From Octopus bimaculoides (Eukaryota), in NCBI RefSeq assembly GCF_001194135.2, contig NC_068981.1, forward strand, positions 153,933,999 through 153,997,998: a DNA stretch of 64,000 nucleotides, written 5' to 3'. This document shows positions 37,460 to 63,679 of this stretch, piece by piece. Numbering within the stretch: the first letter of the stretch is position 1; each line of letters begins with the position of its first letter. The notes beneath the pieces were generated by a model. That model was not told where the DNA came from and did not search any database. It worked only from the letters and a program-made list of their open reading frames with translations. A program made the translations under genes and the position numbers.

Positions 37460-40070
37460 ATCATCGTCATCATCATTTAGTATCCATTGTCCATGCTGGC
37501 AGGGGTTGGATGGTTTGACCAGGGCTGGCAAGCTGGAAAGTTGTACCAGACTCCAGTCTGATTTGGCATGGTTTCTACAGCTTGATGCCCTTCCTAATGC
37601 CAACCATTCCAAGAGTGTAATGGGTGTTTTTATGTGCCACTGGCATGGGTGCCATATGTGTGACACCAATATCTACCATAACTACGATTTCACTTGGTTT
37701 GATGGATTTTCTCAAGCATGGTGTAATGCCAAAGGTCTTAGTCGATTGTCAATGCTTCCACGAGGCTCAATACTTAGAAGGTGGCATCGGCCACCTTACC
37801 TCCGTGAAGCTCAATGCTTAAAAGGTGGTTTTTATGTGCCTCCAGCATGGGTGCCAGTTATGTGACACTGACATCAGCCACAACTACATTTTCACTTGGC
37901 TTGATGGGTCCTCTCAAGCACAGCACATCACCAAAGGTCTTAGTCACTAGTCATTGCTTCTGTGAGGCTCAACGTTTGAAGATCATACTTCACCACCTTG
38001 TCCCATGTCTTCCTGGGTCTACCTCTACCACATGTTCCCTCCACAGTTAGAGAACAGCACTTCTTTACACAGCTGTCCTTGTCCATATGCGTCACATGAC
38101 CATACCAGCACAGTCATCTCTTGCACACCACATCTGATGCCTCTTATACCCAACTTTTCTCTCAAGATTCTTACACTGTCATACATGCACACTGACATTG
38201 CACACACAGCGAAGCAAACCAGCTTCATTTCTTTCAAGCGTATGCAGGTCCTTGGCTGTCTCCTTTCATGTTTCACTGCCGTGTAGCATAGCTGTTCACA
38301 CATAGGCATCATACTGTCTGCCTTTCACTCAGAGGGAGAGGCCCTTTGTTGCCAGCAGAGGTAAGGACTCTCTGAACTTTGCCCAGCCTATTCTTATTCT
38401 TGCAGCTCTGCTCCTGGAACATCCATCTCTGCTACTAACTTGGTCACCTAGATAATGGAAGCTATTCTACTACCTCTAGCTTACCCCACTGGCAGTTGAT
38501 GGGGTCTATTTTCTGTACATTTTTGGTGTTTATTGTACCTGTGCACTTTTCACACTCAAAAATTATTTTCCCTGTTAATCTTCCTCTGATATTGCTGCAC
38601 TTCTTATGTGTCCATAGCTTGAACCAGGTACATCTTATGGAGTTTCTACCAACGCCTTTCCTACAGATTGAGCAGGGCCATCTACCTGAAGGGATTTGTG
38701 ATTTGTCTGCTCTCCTATTTACTAAGACTTTGGTTTTAGCTAGATTAATTCTAAGGCCCTTTGATTCTTTACCTTGCCTCCATGCCTGACATTTCTTCTC
38801 TAGTTCAGGTAATGATTCAGCTATAAGAACAAGGTCATCAGCACAGAGGAGCTCCCAGGGGCATCCATCTTAAATTCTTCTGCCATTGCCTGGAGGACTA
38901 TGATGAACAAGAGGGGGGTGAGAACTGATCCTTGGTGAACCCCTGCTTGTACCCTGAATTCCTTGCTATACTTATTGCTAACCTTCACCTTACTGACTGT
39001 CCATGTACATGGCTTGTACAGCTCTCACCAACCACTCATCTATCCCTAGCTTCCACATTGATCACCAGATAAGGGAGCGGGGGACCCTGTCAAAGGCTTT
39101 CTCCATGTCAACAAAAGCCAGGTAGAGGAGTTTATTTCTGGCTAGCTATTTCTCCTGCAGTTGCCTAACTAGGAATATAGCATCAGTTGTGCTCCTGCTT
39201 GGCAGAAATCCAAACTGCATCTCATCTATGCTAATTCTCTCTCTAATTAATTGGGTTATGACCCTCTCCATGACATCACCTAGTCTTAGACATTCGATAC
39301 CTCTATAATTATTCCTGTCTGAGGCGTTACCTTTGCCTTTGTAGCAGTTGACTATGATGCTGCTACACCAATCATTGGGTATGACTCCCTTATGGACAAC
39401 CTGATTAACTATATGGGTGACTAGGCTATATCCTACTCTACAAGATATTCTGAGTATCTCAGCAGTAATACCTGATGGGCCAGAAGCCTTCTCTGTCTTC
39501 ATGTCCTTAATTGCTTTATTCACTAAGCGACTGTTGATTCCGATACACCATGGAAGATACCAGGTAGCTGCCCGACGGGCCCATTGAAATCCCCAGCCAC
39601 AAAAATAAGATCCTTGTCACTTGTCTTCAAGGTAGCCTGCAGAAGAATATCATAAAAACAGCCCTTTTGTTTACTCGGTAGATCCGTTTGTGGGGCATAG
39701 GTAGAGATAATTGTCACTATACTATTCTGCATAACTAGCCTTAGCTTAAGTACTCTATCGCACACTCTGACCACCTCTACGACCTTATCCACCCATTTCT
39801 TTGCAAGAAGTATGCCCACACCACCTACCCCATTGCTGTTACCTTCCCAGAAGATTTTATACCTATGTGTCTTGCCTGTGAGGAACCTGGCTGAAGCTCC
39901 TCTCCACCTTACCTCTTGAATGCAACATACATCAACATGCCTCCATTCAAGCATCTAACAATCTCACTAGACCTACCTTTCAATGTGCCTGCATTGACAG
40001 TGCCAACTGTGAGAACTGGGAAAGGGATGTGGGAGGGAAGATAGGAAGAGGGGATGATATTTAGTACCTG
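37460..40070 (-). mobile_element. RTE-clade LINE, near full-length with internal deletions
   Basis: APE domain (VGTVNAGTL, CIQEVRW, YAPQ, AGDFNG), RT (QFGF..STTDAIF, AFVDMEKAFD, QGSVL, CADD), C-terminal domain, and (ATG)n tail at about 37460. Confidence 0.92.
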
Positions 40071-43030
40071 AAAAGAAGGTTTCAATGAATGTTTGATAAC
40101 AAACATGTCACATCAGTTGTTCTCATTTTAACCTACCATCATTCAATCATGTTAAAATTGCTGCACCTATTGGAAGTGAGTGTCATATAAGCATTATTGC
40201 TGCAAACATAAATGGGTCAATGTTTAAATTAAGTAAATGAGCTGCTATTGGTAAGTCCATTACATATAAAGAAAAAGGAGTAGGTGGTTTGTTAATTTAC
40301 TTTGTTAAATTTGTTAATTTACTAAGTAATGCATCTCCTTTTGGCACATGCAATAGTGTGGATGATTGTTGGTGGTGGTGGTGGGGAGCTATGCAAGTCT
40401 TCTGGTACAGAAACAAGGCAGAGCCTTGTAGGGGTTTCCGGTGTAAGAGAAGAGATTTCCGGTATAAGTGTTGGGGGCAGGAGCAGGTGGGTGCATTGAG
40501 GATAAAAGGCCAGCTTCACCTCAGGAAATAGCAGCTAAGATAGAAAGACACTAAGGGTGCAGAGAGAAAGAGATAAAGAATAAAATATTTTCTCAAATTA
40601 TGAAAATCACCCATGCTAGCATGGAAGGCAGACATTAAATGATGATGATGATGATGCACCACTGGTGGTGCATATGGCAGTTGTGTGAAGTTTGTGATGG
40701 AACCACTGGTGGTACATGTGGTTAATGTGTTAAAGAGAAAATCTCTGTTGCCAGCAGAAGCAATACATCTATGAACCTTTTTCACTCTGTTCTTATTCTG
40801 GTTACTGCTTGAATATATATCAGGAACATAGCCTCTGTAATTCTGAATCTAAAAGAAAAATCTTAGTGCAGAGGCATGAACTAAAGAATGAAATCAGTTT
40901 ACATCATAACTCATTCTTTACTTTAAATTTATTTGAGGAAACCCCTACAACAGTAGTAAGGGACCCTTTTTTAGTACCAAGAATGATTTGCAAATGAATA
41001 AAAGCCCAAGGAGATGCATTAGTGCTGAAAAAAAAAAAGAATCTTTAATGGAATATTATTGTTAGAGGTTTGTATCATCATGGAAATTCAATAAAAATCA
41101 AAAGCTGAGGTGTGATAATTAACCATGAAGAGAAGAAATATTTCTCATTTTAAATAGAGCCATTCATCAAAGAAGAATAAGATTTGGATTAGTGCCTTTA
41201 AATATCACTTAGGGAACTTACAAGTCTACAGTAATCCTAACAGATTAACTGAGAGAGAAAATTGATAATACAGTCATTAATAAATGTTTGACATATAACT
41301 TAAGATTAGCACATAAAAAAAGGTTATCTAAATTGTTATATAACTTCTTTTTGAGAGATTTATGTGGAGGAATTGTACAACAAATGAAGTTGAGATTATT
41401 TTTCTGTTTTAAATCAAATAATCTTATCTGTGGGCTTTTTGTTAAGTATGGTTGTTGCATTAATATTTTGCTAAAAGGCCAATGGTAATAATAACTAAGA
41501 CATTGGAACAATAGAGTTGATAGTTTTTGTTTCCAGTTCAGCACCAAACTGTTCCAAGTTCAAATCCCATTTGGGTCAAATTGATAATAATCTTGGCTTT
41601 GTGCTTAGTTAAAAGAAGTCAATAATGTATCATACTCCCTTGGCCTGCTAAAAATAACTGCCAAATTTCCTGTAAATCACACTCTACTGTGTCAAAAAGA
41701 TGACACCTATGACTGTAGTATTAACTACATGATACAAGAAAAATAAAGGACAAAATGATCTTAATTGGAACCTTTTTGGTCATTAAGGCATCCTTTTGGG
41801 AACAATGTATAACAGACAACCTCTCTAGTACCAATGGCTTAATAAAATATACTATTTCATGCTGCTAAGTGGTTAGAAATATGAAGGGCATCCAATCAAG
41901 AAAATTATGTTGAAAATAGCAAGATTGATGGGCTTTTTCTGTTGTTGTGTTATTGTGCATATCATTGGCACTCTGTCAGTTATAATGACAAGTATTCCTG
42001 TTGATCTAGTCAATGGAACAGCCTGCTCATGAAATGAATGAAAATCAATGAACGCTCGAAAGACATGTGTACCCTAACGTAGTTCGCAGGGAGATTCAGC
42101 ATGACAAGGCCCCATTTTTGCTAGTTGTGTGGACTAAAGGACATGAAGTAAAGTGTCTTGCTCAAGGTTACAAAGTGCCACCAGGAATCGAACTTACAAC
42201 CTTACGATTGTAAGTCAAATACCCTAACCACCAAGCCATGCGCCTTCCCTTTGTGTATATCAGATATATAATGAAGGACCATGGCAAACAGCATGATATC
42301 TTACTAAAACAAACCCAACAGTAAAATGTTGACATTTTTGTGAATGAGTGACATGAAATTACAATTAGAACTTTCAACTTGTCTCCTCAAGCACTCCCTT
42401 CTTTCTCACTTTGTGAAAGTTTCTCTTTTTTTTCTCTCTCATTGCTCCCCCTCTTCATCTTTCTAACTTAATATAAAAACACCTATAAAAACACATACAT
42501 AATCAATATTATAATATATTATGGTGTGATAAATCTGCTTCACTTTACTGGAATCTAACATAGTAATCAACAATTTTTGGTTTGATCTAATATTTGGTAC
42601 ATGTTTATACCCTTTCTTGTTTATTTTCATGTCTGTACACTGCCTATTAGAATTAGCTATTGACTCAGTCACATCTGTGAATATACTCAGGCTTAGTAAT
42701 GCCTGGGTAGCTACAGGTGATGTGGTCAACCACCTCATCATGTCAGTTGCATAGTCTGCACTTGATGTGAGCATCTCTTTCCACTGTTTTATTTTTTGTA
42801 ATTGTTTGTGGCTAGGCATTGTTCTTGGGCAGCTAGAAGCAGACTTTCTGTTTTTGCATTTAGTCCAGAGTTTTTGAGATATTGTTGGGTTTCACTCTGG
42901 CTTACTTTCTGTTGAATTCTGTGGGATATTAGCTATAAAGTGGATTTTCTTCTCTCTCTCTTTTATTTTCTTTAGTGATGGTGATAAAATTTTGGAATTT
43001 GGTTTTGATTTTGTCTTTTCTGCTATTTTA

Positions 43031-43250
43031 TCCTTTAGCATTCAAATTATTCTGTCAAATGTTCTGTTTATTTATTCACATTGTTTTGAATTAATCATGC
43101 ATTATCTTGCAACTTTGAGATTTCAATGATGTGATTGTATAGTTTTAGAATGATACTGTAGGGTAGGTGTGAGAGGTCCACTCTAACTGGTTTGAACATA
43201 AAACAGGTAGAATACTTGGACCAGATATGGCCGGTTTAAATACTAAGGTT
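43031..43250 (-). mobile_element. Second copy of TTAA MITE family 1
   Basis: Reverse complement of 3951-4165; inserted in the RLE relic. Confidence 0.7.
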
Positions 43251-43687
43251 TTAATCTTTCTTGTTTAGCGTAGTTAGTTTCATATAAGTGTATTAATGTA
43301 ATTATCATTCTCATTTGTGTGTGTGTGTGTGTGACCAACTTTTCTTTTCTAATTGAGGTAGCCATGTACCTCCTCTACTGCAAAACACCTGTTTCTGTCC
43401 CTCTATCATACTTTAACTTCTCATCATCTGGCATAAAACCACCTTCCTCAATACTACCCCTACCCACAGTTGAGGGTCTTGTCTTGTGGATTTACTTGAT
43501 AATTTCACTAGTGCTGGTGGCATGAAAAAGCACCTAATAGTTTTTGTAAAGTGGTTGGGATTTGGAAGGACATCTATCCATAGAAGCTATGCTAAAGCAG
43601 ACATTGGAGCTTGGCACAGTTCTCTGACTTGTTGGCTCCTGTCAAACCATCCGACCTATATCAGCATGGAAAACAGATAGTACGATG

Positions 43688-43718
<31 letters not shown>

Positions 43719-43789
43719 NNNNNNNNNNNNNNNNNNNNNNNNNNNNNNNNNNNNNNNNNNNNNNNNNNNNNNNNNNNNNNNNNNNNNNN
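43719..43789. other. Assembly gap
   Basis: N run. Confidence 1.
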
Positions 43790-44619
43790 TATATATAAAG
43801 AGGAATGTGTTATGCTTTTCCCTATTTTCTTATTACACTTATTAGCTTCTTTTTATTTGATATAAGTATTTTTTCTAGTACTATTGTTGTTATTTTGTAG
43901 TAGTTTTCTGTTTATATTAGACCACACCCTATATCAGCTTTGGAATGGTGACTGAGAATGCTGTCAGTAATTTCTTGATTTTTCTGCTTTACTCTTTCGC
44001 TAACTTAAATTCCAGTTTATTATGATGGAAGTAGTTTATTACTGGAATGACTAGTGTATTTATGCCTATTATCTTTGTAACATTCAGTTAAGTCTTTGAT
44101 TCTTCAATATTACTCCGACTCTTCTTTGTTTTGTGATACTTATTGCATGTTATGATTGTATTTGTTGTGGTGCTTTCTTTCTTTATTAAAAAAAAAAAAC
44201 TTTTGTTTTGTATGTGGTATATTTAGGATGCTTTCATTGGTTTGTGGTAGACTATTTTTTAGTCTCTGTTGCCAGATGTTTTTATTTTCAATATGCCTTC
44301 TGTCTATAAGTTTTTGCTTTTTTGCTTTCAATTTTTTCGATTTTGTTCCTTGTTATAAATCTCTATACAATCACAAGTGTATTTGTTGCAATATTTTTCT
44401 CACTTCCTTATTATTTTCCATTCATACTTACTATGTCTCTTTTATGATGCTTATGTGTGTTGGATATAGTATGACTGTGTTATAGGAATGTAACACTTCA
44501 ATGCAATATTCACTGGTCTTGTGCTCTCTGTTAAATTTGTTTTTATTTTGGACACTAATTTCAAGAGACAAGCCTTCGTGTTTCAGAGTTAATCATTTGA
44601 CAGAGAACAGCTTCTGAAC

Positions 44620-44995
44620 AACGTCGTCGTCGTCGTTTAACGTCTGCTTTCCATGCTAGCATGGGTTGGACGATTTGACTGAGGACTGGTGAAACTAGAT
44701 GGCTACACCAGGCTCCAATCTGATTTGGCAGAGTTTCTACAGCTGGATGCCCTTCCTAACGCCAACCACTCAGAGAGTGTAGTGGGTGCTTTTACGTGTC
44801 ACCCGCACGAAGGCCAGTCAGGCGGTACTGGCAACGGCCACGCTCATCTCGCTCAAAAGACCTCGTGTGTCACCCGCACAAGAGCCAGTCCAGGGGCACC
44901 GGCAACGATCTCGCTCGAAAATCCTACGACGGCCCCGCACAAGAGCCAGTTCAGGGGCACTGGCAACGATCTCGCTCGAAAGATTTCATGTGTCG
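44620..44995 (-). mobile_element. Family B repeat, young, with about 60-bp internal tandem duplication
   Basis: Near-identical to the reverse complement of 57600-57912; the unit gcacaagagccagt..gatctcgctcgaaa occurs twice. Confidence 0.82.
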
Positions 44996-45377
44996 CCTAT
45001 GTTATGAAATCCTATCTTACATCGTAGTTTAGCTGGTATTGTCTTATTGCTGATTGATCTACCCCTGGTCATAGTCAGTTTGCAATTACATCACAGAAGA
45101 GCTATTTTAGCTATTTAAAACACATAAAACAGTTAAATTCACTAAAATATGGCACTCGAGGTTTCAACATTTTTGTCAAACAATAATAGCCTGGCCACTG
45201 ACACAGTTCTACTCATGGAATAAATTAAAAGGAAATCTAGCAGTTTTTATATTTTTAAATGACTGAAATAATTCTTCCATGATGCTTCAATTTCAAAATA
45301 TGGTCAAGTTACATACTAGACAAATATAGCTCTGAAGCAGTTGATTTTTTTTTTTTTCTTTTTGCTAATTGTGTTGC

Positions 45378-45790
45378 AGGTGCAAATGTGGCTGTGCGGT
45401 TAAGAAATTTGTTTCTCAACCACATGGTTTGGAGTTCAGTCCCTCTGTGTGGAACCTCAGGCTAGTGTCTTCTACTATAGCCCTGGGCTGACCAAAGCAT
45501 TGTGAGTGGATTTGGTACACAGAAACTGACAGAAGTCTGTCATATATATCTGTGTGTATATGCTTGTGTCTCTTTGTCTTGACATGGTGTGATAGTTATA
45601 AATGCATGTCCCTGTCCTACAAGTAGTGTCATTCATTTCTAATATTCTAAAATAAAAAATGTGTCTGAGTGTCTGACCACAGGGAAATGTTACTGTGCTT
45701 GGGAAACACATAAGTGTTGGCAACAGAAAGGGCATACAGCTGTAGAAAATCTGCCTCAGTAAACTTCATTGAATCCATTGCAAGTGTGTA
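45378..45790 (+). mobile_element. SINE family A head with alternative RTE-type 3' part
   Basis: Same head; 3' part shared with 55318-55560 and 60452-60860. Confidence 0.65.
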
Positions 45791-46010
45791 GTGTGAAATA
45801 GTATATTTTGTGTTCAATAATCGCCTATAGTACATGTAACAGAAGTATCGCTTGTACTTATTAGAGTTGTTCTATTTTATTTTGTTTGTATCCAAAGCTT
45901 CATACTGTTTTGTTTTTGTTTGTACCACATGCTGACCTCATTTACACGCTTTGTCTCAGTGATGCATTTCATGTGATAACCATAACTAATGCATTACTGT
46001 GTCACTTGTA

Positions 46011-46885
46011 CAGGGTGTCCCAAAAGTCACTGATGGATTTCAATTTTTAGTAACTTCCTTAACTTTACAGCTAAACATGTGAAATTTTGATACAATATAA
46101 AGGACATACTGGAAATTAATTTGCACAAGTCAAATTTTGCAACACCACTTCATCACATATGAAAAATGACATTGCTAAAATGGAAGCCATTTTTGGCTTT
46201 GCATGCCTGTGCTCTTTCCAAAACTTGCACCATAACACCCTCAAAAGTTTCAGACCCCACTTCTCTGATTTCTTTGTTGATGTTCTCCTGCAGTTGCACT
46301 AGGGTCTCGTTTGTTGATGTAAACCATCTTTTTCAGGTGTCCTCAAAAGAAAAAAATCTAGGCTAGTCAAGTCTGGGGAACATGAAGGCCAGTTGGCATT
46401 GCTGTAGTGGGAGTTTATTCTCTCTCTCCAAAGCACTTCCATAGCAACTGCATTGTTTCTCTTGCCCTAACTTGCTGGAACCATGTGTAAGGTCTATTTT
46501 GAATGGCCTTCATGTTCCCCAGACTTGACTAGCCCGGATTTTTGCTTGTAGGGATACCTGAAAGAGAGGGTTTACATCAACAAACCAAAGACTCTGGTGC
46601 AGCTGAAGGAGAACATCAATAGAGAAATCAGAGAAGTGGGGTCTGAAACTTTTGACGGTGTTATAGTGCAAGTTTTGAAAAGAGCACAGATGTGCGAAGC
46701 TGAAAATGGCTGCCATTTAAGCAATGTCATTTTTCATATGTGATGTAGTGGTGTTGCAAAATTTGACTTGTGCATATTAATTTCCATTATGTCCTTTAAT
46801 TTGTATCAAAATTTGATGTATTTATTTGTAAAGTTCAGGAAGTTATTAATAATTGAAACCCATCAGTCACTTTTGGGACACCCTG
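46011..46885. mobile_element. Foldback element built from two inverted 3' ends of a DD41D-like mariner
   Basis: TA TSDs; termini CAGGGTGTCCCAAAAGT. About 385-bp inverted arms each encode the transposase C-terminus (WPSCSPDLT..GYLKERVYINKPKTL). The roughly 105-bp spacer continues the minus-strand frame (TWFQQ). Confidence 0.85.
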
Positions 46886-47516
46886 TATATGAGTCTAGTG
46901 CTTTCTTAATTTTCTTGTTTCACAGTATCTTACTGAAACATATTCATTTGTCACAATTTAATTACAAAGAAACACCAAAAGAAAAAAAGGTGGGAGAGGA
47001 TTAAGCAGTAGAAGATGGAGAAGGAGGGAGCTACGGGCCACACACCCCAGAATAAATGGCATGTTCATGACTGCCATGGTGTTGCTGCGGAGAATGGTCC
47101 ATGACAGTTGCTGCAGTAGTCACTACACATTGTGGGGCTCATTTCTGAGCCCCACAACAGCTGTTATCCTGTTTTTGTGGAGGAAAATGTTAGTGTGGAG
47201 TTCAAGAAAACCTGAAGTCTCAATAGTGACCAGCAGAAATTGATAGCAGCTGGTCAGACTCCTCTGTTTAATTTTCTCTCCACTGCATTACAGATGGTGA
47301 TACCTGGGTTTGCAGTCAATGCAGCAAGGTTTTGTTGTTTATCTTTTATCAAATTTATTTCAGATTTTATGAAGGGCTAAGCTTATATTTGTCCATGGTG
47401 TTATCCCACACCGGCAGGAACCATTCAATTTTGTGTGTAAATACCACTTTATGTTACCTGTCTTTGTAATGTCAACCTTATTTAATGCCCCTGTTTAAGT
47501 AAAATATGTAAGTTGG

Positions 47517-48420
47517 TAGAATTGTTTACTGCTCTGGACAAAATGCATTGCTGCATTTCTTGTAGCTTTACATTCTGAGTTCAAATTTCACCCAGGTGCC
47601 TTTCATCCTTTAGTGGGTTGATAAAATAAGTACCACTTGTCCACAGGGGGAAATATAATCAGCTAGCCCCCTTCCTCAAAGTTTTAGGCCTTGTACTTGT
47701 AAAAGAAAGGATTGTCATTATGAAGGTGACAAGCTGGCAGAATCATTAGTATGTCAAAGTGCTTAGTGGCATTTCTTTGTTTTTTTTTTTACATGTTGGG
47801 ATCAAATACTGTTGAGGTCAACGTTGTCTTTAATCTTTTTGGGGCCAGTAACATAAAATGCTAGTCAAGTACAGGGGATGGATGTGATCAACTACTCCCT
47901 CTTCTCTTAAAACATCTGGTAATGTGCCAGAATTTGGAAGAATTGTTATTAATGGAGTGAGCTGGCAGTATCATTAAGCACATCAGACAAAATGCTCAGT
48001 GACATTTTTTTCTAGCTCTTTACATTTTGAGTTCAACTACCACCACAGTCAACTTTGCCATTCATCCTTTTAGGGTTACTAAAGTTCCAGTCATGTACTG
48101 GGGTCATTATAATCAGCTAACTCCATTTAGAAAGAATTGTTGTTGTTGCTGTTGTTACAAGGGTGGTGACTTGTCAGAATTGTTAGCCTTGCAGTACTTT
48201 TACTGACCCTTTACTTCTTGGGTTCAAATCTAGCCAAGGTCAACTTTGCTTTGTATCCCTCTGGGGTTGAAATTGATTTGACTCATCCTTCTCCTCAAAT
48301 TTCAGACCATTTGCCTATTCTAGCAACAATATCTTTGCGTTCCAAGTTCATTTCTTGTTGCAATTGACTTTGCTTTTTATCTTTGTAAGGTTGATAAAAT
48401 ACTAAATAACTACATACCAA
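47517..48420 (+). repeat. Tandem array of 4-5 diverged about 200-bp SINE-like units
   Basis: Recurring ctggcagaatc..gagttcaaa..gtcaactttgc..gggttgataaa..tact; single copies at 33460-33830. Confidence 0.65.
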
Positions 48421-49692
48421 ATACTGAGATTGATATATTTAATTATACAGGAAACAGGTGAAGGTTGGTAACTGGCAGGGCATCCAACCATTGAAAATCT
48501 TCCTCCACAAATTCTGTCTAACCCATGCAAGCATGGAAAAGTGGGCATTAAATGGTGATTACTAGAAATTATTATCTTGCAGAGAATATAAAGTGTTGCA
48601 AAACGCTGATAAGAGCAACTGAGATGTAATTAGCAATAACTTGTGTGACAAGAAAACCATCTGGTTTCATTATGCAGTATGAAATTTATGGCTGCATAAC
48701 AGACTTGTATGATCATGTCTCTTGCAACAGCTGGGAACATTCCTGGCTGTGTGAGCCAGAATGTAGCACTATTGTAAGATAAAAAGTATACAAGTGGATT
48801 GTTGGTGATAATTTCTATTCCATAGCTTTGTTGGATGCAGTGTTTAAGATTTTCACCAAATTTCTAGCAAAGAGATTAACACTTGTTTGTACGGAGGTTG
48901 GAAAAGTGTAGAACAACATGATCCTAAACATGTCTAACCATGACACCTTCTAACTCATGTGTAACATTATAGAGAAGGAAAGTAACAAAACCTAGCTTCA
49001 GTGGGACTCTGATTAATTTGGATCAATCAAAAATCTTTCAGTGTGGTTCATCATCATCACTACTTGATAGCTGTCCTCAAAGCAGCCTGTATCAGTCCTG
49101 TTTTCAGAAGCTGGATTAAACAGGCAGACTGAACCTCTTATTCAATCTGTCAAGTGTGTCCTCATCTTTTTTCTTTGTATGTGCTATAAATCTCAAGCTA
49201 TTGCTGCAGAATCTGAGGTCCTTGTTATTCAAACTGAGACATGAGGAAAAGTGTTTTGGCATACACAGACAAGGTTACCAAAATGGTGTTGGGTGCTATG
49301 GATGTGAAGGTAGTCAGCACCATACTGAAAGGATACAAAGTATTAATGGGGGAAATAAATATATGGAGTCATTTCCGTATGTATTTAGTCTTGCTGTGAA
49401 ATTAATTCAATCAACTACTCTTTTGTGAAAGCGTGTGGCCTAGTGGTTAGGCTGTTGCACTCATGATCACTAGACCATGGGTTCAGTTGCCAGACATTGT
49501 GGTCTTGAGCAAACCACGTCGAATTGCTCTACTCCCCTTTTTGATCAGAGGAGAATGTTGGCCTGCTTGCCTAACCCATGGGGTGGTGTCATTTGAAGGC
49601 TAAATCAATGCAAAAGTGCATGTATATCAAAAGAAGTTTTTTTTTTAAAAATCAGTTATCTATTTCTCTGTTTCATTTACAGGCTGTGAAAA

Positions 49693-62353
<12,661 letters not shown>

Positions 62354-63679
62354 GTGAGTGCAAACATTGATTCTAAATTATGTAATTTCATTCTTATGTA
62401 TGTCACATCTTATGTACCTCAATTATATTTTCACTAAAATAATCCATTCATCTTGATAATTTTTATTTTCAATCTGTTTGGTGAGATGGATGTGGTCAAT
62501 GTTCTTGAAAAGCTGGAAGTTGATGATTGGAATTCCCAATCATTACATATTTTTCCTGCAGTGATCCCATGTCCTAGGACGAAGGACTGAGTATAGTAGT
62601 TAGTACAGTCTGGAGTAGTGGATACAGTGTCAATGATAATAGGAGGAAAGATAAGTGACTCAATATCTGAATGAAGGTAGCATGAGACAAGCCATTTCTG
62701 AGGAGACAGCATATTTGTGCAGAAGCTGGAATGTTGTTAGTTTCCTTAAAACATCAGCTGTTTTTAATTTTTACTTGACTCTCCACAATCAAAGGTATCC
62801 ATTGGTGAAAGTATTACAAGGGAAAAGGTGGGAGTTGTGATGTATTTCTTTTTAATGTAAATCATTCAAGCACAAAACTGTGTAAGTTTCCTAAGGACAC
62901 AACATAATTACTTTACTGATGTACTAATTCTAACTAATTCAATTACTACATCTTTTTTGATCAAATAATTTGCAGCTATTTGAATATTGAGATTATGTGT
63001 GAGAGAATTTATTTTGACAGTTTAAAAGAGAAATACAGGTAATGATGATGAAGTTACTGATCTAGTTAAACCTAGTTACTTATTGCAACAGAAAAGAATT
63101 TTGGTGCTGCTGAGTGGATGGGAAAAGTATGAAAGATTCAACCAGAATTACTTAGATGGTGTAGAATCTACAATGAAATTAATATCTTTGCTGCTATTTT
63201 CATTAGTTACATATAAAAACAGCAGAATTTGATCCAAGATTTATTTCTAATAAGCATAAAGCCATTTTTTTTCATAAGTAAGGATTTACATTCCTTTCCA
63301 ACTGAATTACAAAACTGTTCAAGATATATGAGGAAACCCTGTTTTATTCAGCATAGAAAGCTGAATATCAAAAGTATGATGATGAAACTAACCAATTATA
63401 TCCTCTTGAATATTCTACAATAAAACAGATATAAACAGTTTTCTGGTGTATTCTCTCTTCACTAATTACACATCATGGGTGTTCTAATGTTTCCTCTCTA
63501 CAATAAGACGTTGGTGTATTATTGTACATTCTCCTCAATAACTACACACGGACAGTCATCATTGCTGTTCTAGCCCATCCTGTCTCCAATAAGACCACCA
63601 TCATCGCTATTCTAGTCTATCCTCTCTTCAGTAAGACAGCCATCATTGCCGTTCCTGTGTATCCTCTCCACAAGACAAG

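Larger units (their letters stand above)
42520..44560 (-). mobile_element. Fragmented RLE-type (R4/NeSL-like) non-LTR retroelement
   Basis: Frameshifted minus-strand motifs KIIGINTLVIPVINY, KIKKLLT..HHSKADI, YKITTIVLEKYL, SGLNAKTESLLLAAQEQCLATNNY, and zinc-knuckle relic KCRLCN*HDEVVDHITCSYP..EYIHRCD. Interrupted by a MITE, a SINE-like insert and a gap. Confidence 0.72.

Noticed and set aside
44855-44990. CRISPR-like repeat-spacer pattern (also 51420-51620)
   Set aside because: Eukaryotic retroelement 3'UTR tandem modules; no cas genes and no unique spacers.
49430-49520. tRNA-like sequences (also 3610, 29130 and 58360)
   Set aside because: SINE heads with degenerate B-box and no complete cloverleaf; not tRNA genes.
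62434-62712. 92-aa antisense ORF in the miga intron (also 60878-61210)
   Set aside because: No recognisable motif or splice support; probably degraded repeat.
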